Assembly (NCBI GenBank): GCA_977018835.1 | Contig: OZ361259.1 | Coordinates: 3,100,001 to 3,164,000, forward strand | DNA from: Minutocellus sp. GHC0000111 | Lineage: Eukaryota | DNA: 64,000 nucleotides | Direction: 5' to 3' | Shown here: one piece after another, positions 33,981 through 45,017 of the stretch | How positions within the stretch are numbered: position 1 is the stretch's first letter | How the letters are laid out: the number at the start of each line of letters is the position of its first letter | Notes under the pieces: generated by a model | What the model saw: the letters and a program-made list of their open reading frames with translations, nothing else | What the model was told of the DNA's origin: nothing | Database searches by the model: none | Made by a program: the position numbers and the translations under genes

Positions 33981-35493
33981 CTACGAGATCGTGCAACAGC
34001 TGTTGGTCTTCTTGGCCTGCTTGTAAAACATTTTGGACTGCGCACTGAGATCATTACTCCTCTCGACGAGGCTGTCCAGCTTCACACCACGCTCCAGCAC
34101 AGAATCAATAGTCTTGTGAAGGATTTGGGTCGTCTCATCCAAATCTTGCTGAATCTTCGTCACCTTATCGGCCGCGGCAGGGTCCTGATACTTTTGCAGA
34201 TACTCCTCGATTTTGGGGAACGTAACAGACTCCGGGGTGGTAACAGATCGCCAAGAATCGCCAACAGTCTGCTGGAATTCATCCAGTAGCTGAGTAAGAA
34301 GGACAAACGCAACACGCGCAGGATATTCCAGATCAGTCGTTACGGTACCGGCAAGCCCGTCCGACCGGACGTAGCAGTGCACCACATATGACTCATGCTC
34401 AATAGACTGGCGCTGGCCAGGCTCTGTCCTCTTGGTGAAAGTTTTGGAAAAGAATGTAAGCATCTCCTTGACTCCCTGCAATTTTGATTTTGGGAAATGA
34501 TTGTAAAGACCGTTCATGTTGTGGTGAGAAGAATGTTTCGATAGTGCACAATGTACTATGTAGTATTGGTCTCCGCAGTAAAAATAAGTAATCACTTTCT
34601 GTCCTTCTACCGGACCCACGGCCATGCCCATCCGTTTATCTCGGTATGCTCTCCTCCTGTGTGTGTAATGATTGAGCCACCGCATCTTCCCATCAAAACG
34701 CGTGAATAAGGTCTAGACTCCAAAAGACCCTCCAATGCCGTGCAACAATTTTCCACGTGCATTTGTTTCATACCAAATGCCCGGAGAGCTGCCTGCAGAG
34801 GATGGACGGTGCGAGCCTTCAGTACCAGCATGCTCCGGCGTACGATTGCCTGGCCCTTTGAGTTCCTGGGCAGGTTCCCATCGATCAGCAGCACGACACG
34901 CCGATACACCGAAATGCCGATGCCCCTCCTCCAGCCCTTTCCTGGGATTCATTATTTCGGCACATAAGCTTGACCCGTCAGGCCGCATCTTTTGCTCGAG
35001 ACGGACTCGGCCGCACAACTGATATTCCGCACCCTACCTGACACACTCATAATTGGACGAGTTTGCTGCCTCCTCGTTCAAGCCGGGGGTTCCTCCCGCA
35101 AAGAGCGTCCGAGAAGGTCGGAGAGTGCACGAACTGAAAGCCAAAAATTCGCCGAACAACAAAACCCAGGGCTGATCCGGCCCGCGCCGCAAGATACCAC
35201 GGTGGCCAACCCAAGCCGAGCAAAGCACGATATCACATGTTTTCCCTCAATGTTGACTTGCCTTCCGCCACGACCCTCCGTTCCGACACAAACACACACA
35301 GCCATGATTCGGCCATAAGAATTCCTCGGGAACAAAAAATGCCAACCCCCCAAAATTCAGTTGCAATAATAATGTATGTACGCACCTGCCGTTGGAAGAA
35401 GCCGTAAGAGCTCAGCTCGCACGCCATGGACACAGGGATGGGCTCGGAGACGTCCGGCCCGGTCCGGAGGATCGCTATGCTGACCACCTTCAT
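33981..35493 (-). CDS. YKT6: R-SNARE YKT6, two exons (35386-35493 and 33981-34475)
   Basis: ELSSYGFFQRQ|GVKEMLTFFS longin domain, YQDPAAADKVTKIQQDLDET, LERGVKLDSLV, C-terminal CCTIS prenylation motif; GT-AG intron 34476-35385. Confidence 0.95.
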
Positions 35494-35805
35494 CGTTTCC
35501 TGTCGTGGCTCTTGCTTTTATTGAACGTTGGTGCTTGGAAACTTACATGTATGTGCATTGCATTCGGGGGGGGATAAAAAAGGGAAAACCCCATTGATTT
35601 AGTCTGTCCATCGTCAGTGCAAACCGGCTGGAACTTTCCATTTTCCATCGTCATTGCAACTGCCAGTTGTATTGGACTGGACGGCTGCTGCGTTTTCACG
35701 TCTCTGCTCTACTCTTACCTATCTCTATCATATATTGAGCATAAAGCATCATATCTTGTGCTATTTTAGCAATTATAGCAGTGCTCGGTCTCATCCCAAA
35801 AAAAC

Positions 35806-37899
35806 ATGCTGGACACACTCACCATCATCTCCCGTGCCGGTCTGGTCCTGTACCACCAAGACCTCCAGGCCTCCCGCCTCGTAGCCGGTGGCGATGATGC
35901 CGGGAATACCAGTGGAGGAATGTCGGCCCAAAGTCTTGAGCTGATCAATAATTTCCTCTCCACCACCTTGCTGGATCACAATCGCTACGCCAAGCTTCGA
36001 AAAGCAATGCGCACCACGGTAGCATCGTCGTCAACTGGAGGACCGACCTCCGTGGTGGAGTGGGAGGAAATGTCCAACATCCTGCCCCCTTCCGCCGCCG
36101 CCGCTGCCGACGTTCCCAACGCCGACATCAAGAGGGACTGGCTGGCCATCGCCACATATCCCGAGGTGCTGGCCGGCGGTGCCTCGGGAGCGCAGGCGCA
36201 GTGGATCCGACACTTTCTGCGGTCGGTCCTCAAGGAGTACGGGCTGTTTTACGATGCCACTCTAGCAGCAGCAGAAGCCGCAAGCAGTGACCCAACAACG
36301 ATTCAGATGAACCGACATCTGTTTGTACCGCCGGCGGATTCCGCTGCCAAATTTGACCCGAGTTGCCAGGCTCTGCTCCGCCGGTCGGAGAATTTGGGCA
36401 GGAGAGGTGGTACTAGCGGGGAGAATATTCCAGCATCGTTTGCGGAGGGATATGATGCTGTTGGTGAAGACGATGAGGCATTTGGCGATGAAGAAGGCGA
36501 CGAGGGAGGGGACACTGCTACAGATGGCGAAACAAACACTGATGATGCACGGGCCAGAGCACGAGCGGCCATGCGGAATCGCATGAAGGGAGGAAGAGGT
36601 GGGGCAACCACCACCAACCACGAATCCAGAGCCGCCGCTTCTGCCGCCAACAAAAAGGGTGGCAAGGAGGAGAGGGTGTGGCACGACGGAAAGGGCAAAA
36701 TGACCAAGGCGGCTCTAAAGAATCTGGACCGATCCAAGGGTCTGGGTGCCGGGGAGGTCAATGGCATCGATGCGGCGATTGCCGAGGATTCCGCCGCTCT
36801 TGCCGAAGCACGAGCGGCATATTTGCCCTCATCGTCGGAGGCACCGGCATGGGAGGAAGAAGATATCTTGGACGATGACTACGATGACGACGCCAACGGC
36901 GATTCGTCCTCAAATTCTGGCTGGGGGTCCTCTCTCAAGGGATTGTTTGATCAAATGTCGGGAAACAAGGTTCTTACCAAGGACGATCTGGAGGCACCAC
37001 GTGAAGAGATGAAGCGCATGCTTACGTCTAAAAATGTTGCCAACGAAGTGGCGGCTGAAATATGCTCCGGTGTTCGAGATCGATTGGTAGGGAAGAAGAT
37101 GAATTCGTTTGGTAGAGTCAAGACGGCCGTCCGACATGCACTCGAGGCCGCGATCGAGAAGGTATTAAAGCCGGCTCATGGGAAGGATGTGGACATGCTC
37201 CATTCCGTCGTTACCAAGAGGGAACGTGGATCAGGTGGTCTTTCGGGTCTATTTGGAGGAAACAAGGCATCATCAAACAACCGACAGTATACAATCGTCA
37301 TGATTGGGATTAATGGTGTTGGCAAAAGCACTAGTCTCGCCAAGATTGCCTATTATCTGAAAGCCAACGGATGCCGGCCCTTATTGGCTGCATGCGATAC
37401 CTTCCGAAGTGGTGCCGTCGAACAGCTCAATGTACATGCCAAATGTCTCGACCTGCCACTGTATCACAAGGGCTATGCCAAGGATCCCTCGGCAGTCGCC
37501 AAGGCTGCGATCAATCATGCCACCGAAGAGGGCAATGATGTAGTTTTGGTTGACACCGCTGGTAGGATGCAGAACAATGTTCCACTGATGAAGGCTCTGT
37601 CCAAGCTGGTGGTGGAGAACGAGCCAGACCTCGTACTGTTTGTGTGTGAAGCATTGGTGGGAAACGACGGCATCGATCAACTGCAAATGTTCGACCGCGC
37701 TTTGAGGACGGGAGGGCATTCTCGTCAGATTGATGGCATCGTTCTTACAAAGTTTGATTCCGTGAGCGATAAGGTCGGAGCTGCACTGACCATGACACAT
37801 ATTACAGGCGCACCTGTTGCCTTTGTTGGTACTGGTCAAAAGTACAACCATCTCAAGAAGCTCAGTGTTAAGTCCGTCATCAAGAGCTTATTCGCGTAA
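35806..37899 (+). CDS. SRPRA: Signal recognition particle receptor alpha subunit
   Basis: MLDTLTIISRAGLVL N-terminus, GINGVGKSTSLAK, CDTFRSGAVEQL, DTAGRMQNN, LTKFD, GTGQKY. Confidence 0.95.
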   Translation: MLDTLTIISRAGLVLYHQDLQASRLVAGGDDAGNTSGGMSAQSLELINNFLSTTLLDHNRYAKLRKAMRTTVASSSTGGPTSVVEWEEMSNILPPSAAAAADVPNADIKRDWLAIATYPEVLAGGASGAQAQWIRHFLRSVLKEYGLFYDATLAAAEAASSDPTTIQMNRHLFVPPADSAAKFDPSCQALLRRSENLGRRGGTSGENIPASFAEGYDAVGEDDEAFGDEEGDEGGDTATDGETNTDDARARARAAMRNRMKGGRGGATTTNHESRAAASAANKKGGKEERVWHDGKGKMTKAALKNLDRSKGLGAGEVNGIDAAIAEDSAALAEARAAYLPSSSEAPAWEEEDILDDDYDDDANGDSSSNSGWGSSLKGLFDQMSGNKVLTKDDLEAPREEMKRMLTSKNVANEVAAEICSGVRDRLVGKKMNSFGRVKTAVRHALEAAIEKVLKPAHGKDVDMLHSVVTKRERGSGGLSGLFGGNKASSNNRQYTIVMIGINGVGKSTSLAKIAYYLKANGCRPLLAACDTFRSGAVEQLNVHAKCLDLPLYHKGYAKDPSAVAKAAINHATEEGNDVVLVDTAGRMQNNVPLMKALSKLVVENEPDLVLFVCEALVGNDGIDQLQMFDRALRTGGHSRQIDGIVLTKFDSVSDKVGAALTMTHITGAPVAFVGTGQKYNHLKKLSVKSVIKSLFA

Positions 37900-38035
37900 G
37901 CAAGCTGGATAATACTAGGTGCCGGTAGTAGTAAACACGTACTACGTATGTACACTCACTAGTAGCTAGCTATGTCGTACACGCAAGATGTACTGATATT
38001 CGCATAAGATAATTAACAAAATTTATCATTTAGCT

Positions 38036-39407
38036 TTACTTCTTGCTTTCCATCTCCAATCGAGCGGCGAGCAATGCCCGCTGGAAATCAACCGGCTTGC
38101 TGCTCTCGCTTTTCTCTTCTTTTGGTGCCTCCTCTTCAACGGGTTCTGCAACAGGCTCCTCAGCAACAGTCTCCTCCTCTTTCTCTTCCGTGGCGGGTGC
38201 TGCGGCAACGGGCCCAGGTACAGGTGTGGGAGCAGGCACGGGGGCAGGAACCGGCGCTGGAGGTGGAACAGCTGTTGTGGTACTGGCCTCGGCAGCACCT
38301 TCCTGGGCAGCATCGGCAATGGCATCGTATGATCTCACTCCAAGAGCTCCAATGGCACTCAATGCCTTGGTAAATCCCTCCGCTGTTCTGGATGCAGACT
38401 CGGACACAGCACTTCCTTCCTTGCCATAACTCAACAAGCCACAGAGGGTGGCGTACGTAGCAACGCCAAGACTGTCCAATGCCACGTAGGCCACCTTGGC
38501 CTTGCGAGTCAAGGTGGATACGGCATCCCCATCATCGAGGTGATCTGGACCAATCAGAGCCCCCGTGGCCTCTCCAGCCGTGGCCAAAGCATCACCGACC
38601 AACGTTTTGAGCTCCTCGTCGGCACCAATGGCATCGGCCAACTCCACACCGGTATTGAATCCCTCGATGGCCGTTCGGGCCAATCCACTGGCCGTCTCAC
38701 TGAGCAGCTCGGTGTTGGACTCCTCCCTCAGAGCCAACTTGTTGGCTGCCTCTCTGGCATTGAACTTTTCGATAGACGACGACAGGTTGGACGCAGTGTC
38801 CGCAACATCATCCGCCGAGGGCAGCAATTTGGAGAAGGCCACGAGAGAGGCAATCTTGGCAACGCGGTCCTTGAACGTGTCAGGCTTGGCCAGCAGATCC
38901 TCCATCTTTTGCTTGTTCTTGGCTGCGTCGTCGATGGCGCGCTGGGCAGCCAGCTTCTTGCTGATCTCGCGGTTGGCCGCGCGCTGAGCTGCCGCGGCGG
39001 CCTTGCGCTCGGCGGTGGTCGGGACGTCGATGGCCGTGGAGGTGATCTCGTCGCCGGAGCGGCTGCCAGGATCGGAATAGGGAACGGACGAAGCTGGTGC
39101 AGAAGCAGAAGCCACTGGAGCCGGGGCCGGAGCAGGCTCGGCCTCGGGCTCGGGCTTGGCCGTTTCAATAGCCTCCACCAATTCGGACTCGGCATCAGTG
39201 TTAGCGTCGGCGCCAGCCTCGTCGGATTCTTCAGCAGCATTCATTACCAGGGGGGGATCTTTGTGCCATCGAACCCATCATCGGCTGATGGCTGATGATG
39301 GGGGCGCCGACAGTCACAGCGGCTGATCGGCTGGAATGGCGAGGTACCACGAAGGCATCCGCCGCCGGCACGGCCATCAGTACCAGGAGAGCTGATCGCA
39401 TGTTCAT
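38036..39407 (-). CDS. Plastid-targeted Ala/Glu/Pro-rich protein of unknown function; +1 frameshift in G-run 39250-39256
   Basis: MNMRSALLVLMAVPAADAFVV presequence joins ORF 38036-39244 if the 7-G run is read as 6. Confidence 0.7.
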
Positions 39408-39683
39408 GGTTGTCGTTTGGGGTGGTTGGCTATTGGGAGAAGTGGCTGGAGGATGGAGGATACGGTCCCTTCAACAAGATGTGTTGGTTGTGGCGTTCGG
39501 CGTGCCGGTGGTCTGGCTCGCGTACGTCAGTGATGTGACGTAGGCATTGCGTAATGGAAAGTATTTCCTGCCGCCTCAAAAAAGGCGCCACAGGCCGTAC
39601 CTAGTACCTTTCTGAAAGGTAGCCGCCACACGCGTGCGCGGTGCCACAGTGCCACAAGCTTCTCGACGGGCCGTGACGGTACC

Positions 39684-40642
39684 ATGAGCACCAACGACCG
39701 TCCCTCAAAGCGAGCCAGGATTGCAGTAGAGGATGGGGGATCACACGTCGAAGAAGAAATGGGCGATTTGGTCCTCACATTTTCTTCGGCTCTCGGCCTT
39801 GGCGGTGCCGCAGCTGACGAAGCGGACGAAAATAACGAGGAGGAGTCCCCGACCTTCTCATCAAAACTCTGACCTTTCTTGCGGAATCGACCGAACTAAA
39901 TCGTTCCCGTGCGGAATGCCGAGTCTTTCGTCGGTGGTCTGACAGCATTGCCAAGGACCAGACGGCCAAGTTAATTGGCTCCTCGATCCATCCCATGGCT
40001 GGTCAAAGCGTCACGGCTTTGCTGCATGGTGCCGAAAAGGCCGGCGAGGAAACAAAGAAAATGCTGAAGAGGTGGAACGCCGAAGCCTCTCGAGCTGAGG
40101 GCTTTGATGTTGGCCTTCCCACTTACCCTCGACTGTGCTGTCCACGCGGTGATATCCAGGCTCTGATTTCCGTTGGCAATCTTGCGCCTGGAGTGCAAGT
40201 TCCCGTTGGCCTCAAGATTGGAGATCATAGAGAAGATTCCGACGAGAATGATTTGCCATCCCGGGGGACTAGAGTAGATCTACCGCCTGGTTTCTTTCAC
40301 TACAATGCGTATCCTAGCGGCATGTTACACCTCTGTCATCGACAAAGGTCCATCTGTGAGGAGCGGACTCTGGACGAGACTCTCCGTCGAGCCCAGCACG
40401 AACTTTCCAATCCCGATTGGGCGTGCCCCCACACTGCTGCTCCTTTTCGTTTGGCTGGCTATGGGCCAATTCTGAACCGGGAATTGTACAATGAATACCT
40501 CGCCAGGTGTTGCCGGACCATTTCTAAAATCAGGCTTGGACAATCCCTTCCACCAGAGTACAGCGACTTTTGCAATGAAATTCAGTCCAAATCAAAACAG
40601 ATTGAGGATGAACAAAAACAAAGCGCAGCGCAAAATGGATAG
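39684..40642 (+). CDS. F-box-like protein; -1 frameshift in C-run 39847-39850
   Basis: Adding one C gives EESPDLLIKTLTFLAESTELNRSRAECRVFRRWS (F-box-like) and joins ORFs 39684-39872 and 39995-40642. Confidence 0.5.
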
Positions 40643-40725
40643 CTAGGGATCCCTACTACTACTGATTGGTAAAGTGAGACGTTGTTCACATCTAACAGAT
40701 AACTCTATGTCGCATGACTATTTCG

Positions 40726-43446
40726 CTACGTGAATATCTCGTCCTCCTCATTTAGTCCAAGCTTTGAATCGGTCCTGCGCATCCGAAGACTTCCACTGCT
40801 GCTACTCGGGGTGATTGAATTGCCAAACGCATCTCCACCTTCGCTGACAGATCGGATCCGTTGCTGGTGTAAGTTACTGGATCTACCACCAGTGCCACCT
40901 GAAGGAGCATCATCACTGACATCGTTGAGATCGGGAAGTAGAACTGGGAATTTGTCCATCGTGACTTTGCCTGTATCATTCTCAACAAATAGATGAGATC
41001 TTCTCATGTCATCCAGCTCATCTGAATTCAGTTTCTCTTTATAGTCCACCAAAGAATCCTTTGATCCTCGACGATCTAAGAGGCTGTTGTCGTCTTCGTC
41101 GTCTCCTTCTTCGTGCTTGTCTTCGTCATCCAAGCCATCGTCATCAACGTCGTCATCATCCCAATCATCTTCTTCCGTCCATTCGGCAGAAGCTGCCGCA
41201 AAGACCATGCCAGGACGACGCAGAACGACCAAGGGCTCTCGTTGAATCGACACGACAAAGCTTTTCCATAACTTGCGAAGAAAGTGCACCTGTCGCAGGG
41301 TACGGACCACCAAAACAGACCGCATATTGCGATAAAATAACAAATATTTGGGAACGTACTTGATGATGAGGCGTAGAAGACGCTGCCCACCGACACCAAC
41401 AGTCTTGGTCTGCTTGGCGACTCGTCCAAACAATTTGACATGCCGACCGCGCAAAATTCTCGTCACTCGAACAACCGCCTTGGATCTAAAAAAGGTCTTG
41501 GTAAAAATATTGCGCCGCTTTTGCTTCTCTACAATCGGTTTGACATAAATCCTCTCCCAAGGAACGACCGATAGGGCATCAATGATGAACCAAGTGGTCA
41601 GGTATCGAGCCCAAACTGCCTTGCCATCTCGAATGATTTCACCAGACGAGGTCTTGTGCTCACAGAAGAAATTGAGCACGATATCCAAGATGAACCAAAA
41701 CTCCGTAAACACCACGAATGGACTTTGATCGTACGTTCTATCGCGAATGCTCTGATGGGTCCGCAAGGCGCTCAATATGGTCAGAACGATTGTGAGCACA
41801 TCCCAGGCAATCTTCATCGGGTGGTCGGCCGGAATAATGATTGGGTTGTATTTACCCTCCGCCTTGAGCCGTTCGATCCGTGCCAACCGCGATTTGATGG
41901 CGGCCGCCCTCTTTGCCCGGCGCTTGGTCATGATCTCACTGCCCCGCTTTTTGCTGAAGAGTACCGCCTTGGTAACCGCAGGAGACTGTGACACCGAGTG
42001 GATGCCCTGCCTCAGACCCGTAGTCGCCGCGGATGCTACCCGACCAATGGGACGAAGTCGTTCTGGAGAACTGAAGAGGAAAGAAGCGCTACCGTCGCCG
42101 CCATGGACAGGTGTGCGCATCGATTCGTCGCCTTCATTTCCATAGTCGCTTTGGTCATTGCCCTTTCGATTAGCTTGACGTGGAGTAGTCAAATCATCAC
42201 CTCCGCCCATATTTTCAATCACATCCTTTCGCGGTGTGGCCAGGCTTGGACCAGTGTCCTGCTCTGGAGGGAGAGGCGTCGCGGCCGCCTTGGACTGCAC
42301 CGAATACGTCGGACTTAGCAGGGGCATGCCCAAGCCCTTCCCGGCGGTGACAATCTTCTTGCTCATACCCATCATAGGCGCCGCCGCCGACCTTGCCGTA
42401 GACTGCATCGATGCAGCAGGGCCGCTGAGAGTGTCCACGACGGATCGGACCGACCGAGTGAAGAATGCGGATCCAGCGGCCGCCGAGGAAGTCGCCGAGG
42501 TCGAAGCGGTTCCAGCAGAGGTGGAGGTTGCCACGGAGCTGCTGCCGCCGCCAAAAGACGATGGTGCCTTGGTCAGCACTTTCAAATTGCCCCAGCTGCC
42601 CCTCTTTCGGATCTTCCCACCGCCATTGGTAGAAACAACGCTGCCGTTGTCATTGGGCGAAGCGATGTTGCTCGACTTACGTGGCACAATCAACTTTCGC
42701 CGCCGAAGTTCCGACTGCTGCCGCACCGCAGTGTCCAACCGATGGCCGAGCGACGACGATTCCGATGACGATAACCCCAATAAAGACGAATTCGGATTGT
42801 CAGTGGCAGTGCTACCGGCACTGGCATTGCCTCTCCTGCCGTCGGTATCCACTGTGAGACTCCGAGCGAAAAAGTTGCTACTATCGTATCGGTCTGTGTC
42901 ATTGTCATTTTCATCATTGTCGTTGTCTGCGTCGTGCAACAAGCCTTGTCGCATCGGTCCGTTCTGATTTGGCGCTGTCGAGGATTCGGGTGATTTGATC
43001 GGCGTCCGAGTCGCGCTGGGCTCTCTGGGGTCGACTCCGCTGGGTCCTGCAACGGCATTGCTGTTGGGTGAATTCTCGCTTTGGTTGTCTGCTACTCCTG
43101 CTCCAGGTGTTCCATTCTGCCCACTTGGCGATACTATTTGATTTTTCCGTGGTTGCTGTTGCTGTTCTTGATATTTGATCTGCATTGCAATAGAACCAGA
43201 TGCGGCAAAGACGTGCGCCGGTCCATTCGAATCACAGGCGGCAGACGACTGAAACAGACCAGCCTCGTCAATGCCGCCAAAGTCGCCGTCACCACAGCCG
43301 TGATCGTTATCAACGTCGTCCATGGAACGAGAAAAGAAGTAGTCGTCATCGTGTTGACGATTGGGACTCCGTGGGTGAGCCGCTTGTGTCCTGCCAGCGG
43401 CCGCCGCTGCTGTGGTCGTGCGGGTTTGGGCTTGCTGGTCCGTCAT
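40726..43446 (-). CDS. Protein with KCNH/CNG-like voltage-sensor helices but no pore or cyclic-nucleotide-binding domain
   Basis: IIIPADHPMKIAWDVL, WFILDIVLNFF...GEIIRDGKAVWARYLTTWFIIDALSVVPWE, followed by Arg-periodic segments; no GYGD. Confidence 0.72.
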   Translation of the reverse strand: MTDQQAQTRTTTAAAAAGRTQAAHPRSPNRQHDDDYFFSRSMDDVDNDHGCGDGDFGGIDEAGLFQSSAACDSNGPAHVFAASGSIAMQIKYQEQQQQPRKNQIVSPSGQNGTPGAGVADNQSENSPNSNAVAGPSGVDPREPSATRTPIKSPESSTAPNQNGPMRQGLLHDADNDNDENDNDTDRYDSSNFFARSLTVDTDGRRGNASAGSTATDNPNSSLLGLSSSESSSLGHRLDTAVRQQSELRRRKLIVPRKSSNIASPNDNGSVVSTNGGGKIRKRGSWGNLKVLTKAPSSFGGGSSSVATSTSAGTASTSATSSAAAGSAFFTRSVRSVVDTLSGPAASMQSTARSAAAPMMGMSKKIVTAGKGLGMPLLSPTYSVQSKAAATPLPPEQDTGPSLATPRKDVIENMGGGDDLTTPRQANRKGNDQSDYGNEGDESMRTPVHGGDGSASFLFSSPERLRPIGRVASAATTGLRQGIHSVSQSPAVTKAVLFSKKRGSEIMTKRRAKRAAAIKSRLARIERLKAEGKYNPIIIPADHPMKIAWDVLTIVLTILSALRTHQSIRDRTYDQSPFVVFTEFWFILDIVLNFFCEHKTSSGEIIRDGKAVWARYLTTWFIIDALSVVPWERIYVKPIVEKQKRRNIFTKTFFRSKAVVRVTRILRGRHVKLFGRVAKQTKTVGVGGQRLLRLIIKYVPKYLLFYRNMRSVLVVRTLRQVHFLRKLWKSFVVSIQREPLVVLRRPGMVFAAASAEWTEEDDWDDDDVDDDGLDDEDKHEEGDDEDDNSLLDRRGSKDSLVDYKEKLNSDELDDMRRSHLFVENDTGKVTMDKFPVLLPDLNDVSDDAPSGGTGGRSSNLHQQRIRSVSEGGDAFGNSITPSSSSGSLRMRRTDSKLGLNEEDEIFT

Positions 43447-45017
43447 TTTGTGAAACAAACGAATGGTCTCTCAGGAGCCGAAACGTCCTCGCCGACAGAA
43501 AGGTTCCAACCGACCAACTCCAAATGGGTCGGTGCCTTTCGTTGCCGTGGAGAAATGGTCTGATAAATCGTGGACAACTCCTCGATTTGCACTCCACTGG
43601 AGGACCGCACGGGCCGAACCGACGAAATTGACTCAGACAGCAAGTGCGAGACGCGACGCTGTGCTCTCAGCTCTCGGCCAGCACAGCGACGGGAAAACCT
43701 GCTGCAGGGACCAAACTCGGTTCCAAGCTCTCGCTGCACTGTTCGGTCACCGGTGGGTGCTGTGTGCTCTGGTTGCGGCGGCCATCGAGTCGCGATACTT
43801 TTTCTCTTCGTGCCTTTGCCTTGTTCCGTCTGTTTTTCAAAATGACCACACATTTCTCGAATAAATTTCACTGGTTTTCCCTAATGTTCCATATGACGCA
43901 AACCCCCGTCCAAATGACATAAAAAGAAATGAAAACCGAAATGACATCAGGCCTTGAAGGCAGGCCTTTTTACCATGACACCTCTCGTCGACGAGCAGGG
44001 TTTCTCTGTATCGCATGGTCACATCGAAAGCTTGCATCCAAAAATTTGCGGGTATTCACACGTCATGGAAAGTCGAAAAAATGGTTGAAGGCAGATGGCG
44101 GTATGTTTGGTATGTGCAATCGTAAAATAAACTTCCTACAAATTCAAATTTTTCGACTCAGTAGGCATGCATCACGTGAAAATCCATCATCTGGCTTTCC
44201 AATCCAATAAATTCCACACCCCTACGAGCAAATTGATATTTTGCGTGAAGCCCATGCAAGGCCACAAGAGGAAGAACTCGCTGTTCCGCTTCCTGCTTGG
44301 CGCATAAACCCAAAAAGGCTCAATCCCCCATCAAAGCAGGGACCGACCGGAAGTTCTCCTTGGTTGGTAGGCTAGTTGCCTTGCTTGTTCCTCCTTCCTC
44401 CGCTGGTCGAAGAGAAAGAGTTTCCGGCACAACTCGTGTTGCATCCCAAGACTCTTTTTTGTCCTCCCAACCGACCGACCACAGCCTCCTCCCCCCGACG
44501 CCTTGTGCCATCAGAAAAACAGTTGACCATATTTATCTTTCTCGCTCTTGATTACTCCCAGAGCGATATCACGAACCCTACCTAGCGGAAATCTCTGAGT
44601 TTTGCATCGATCGAGGTTTCACTGCATCCAAAAGGCTGCGCATTGCATATTCCGTTTCTTGTTCCGCTCCGTTTTTGGGAAGTAGTTGGTTCTTGGTTCT
44701 ACAAACATCCAAACACTGCACAGCGAGCGAGAGGCGTTTTCATTTCATATCATACATATTTTCATTTAGGGAAGACAACAACTACATATTAGGACTTGAC
44801 GCCCAGCAGTCGTCAAAAAGGGAAGCGAATACAACCAACCAACTGCACCCACGCCCAAGAGAACCTTTTCGTTTTCGATTCAGGGCATAACAAAAAACAA
44901 GAGTCGACACAAGAGCCGCATCGGAACGCTCCAACTCTTCGCACCGATCAGTCACAACACAAACAACGGCGCCCAGAATAGCACTCAGGCAGCGTCGTTG
45001 ATCCGGTCCACTGTATA

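Noticed and set aside
43450..45017. Structured ncRNA or tRNA in the long spacer upstream of the MYB gene
   Set aside because: No cloverleaf, snRNA or snoRNA box pattern recognised; looks like divergent promoters and 5' UTRs. An Rfam scan would be needed to exclude it fully.
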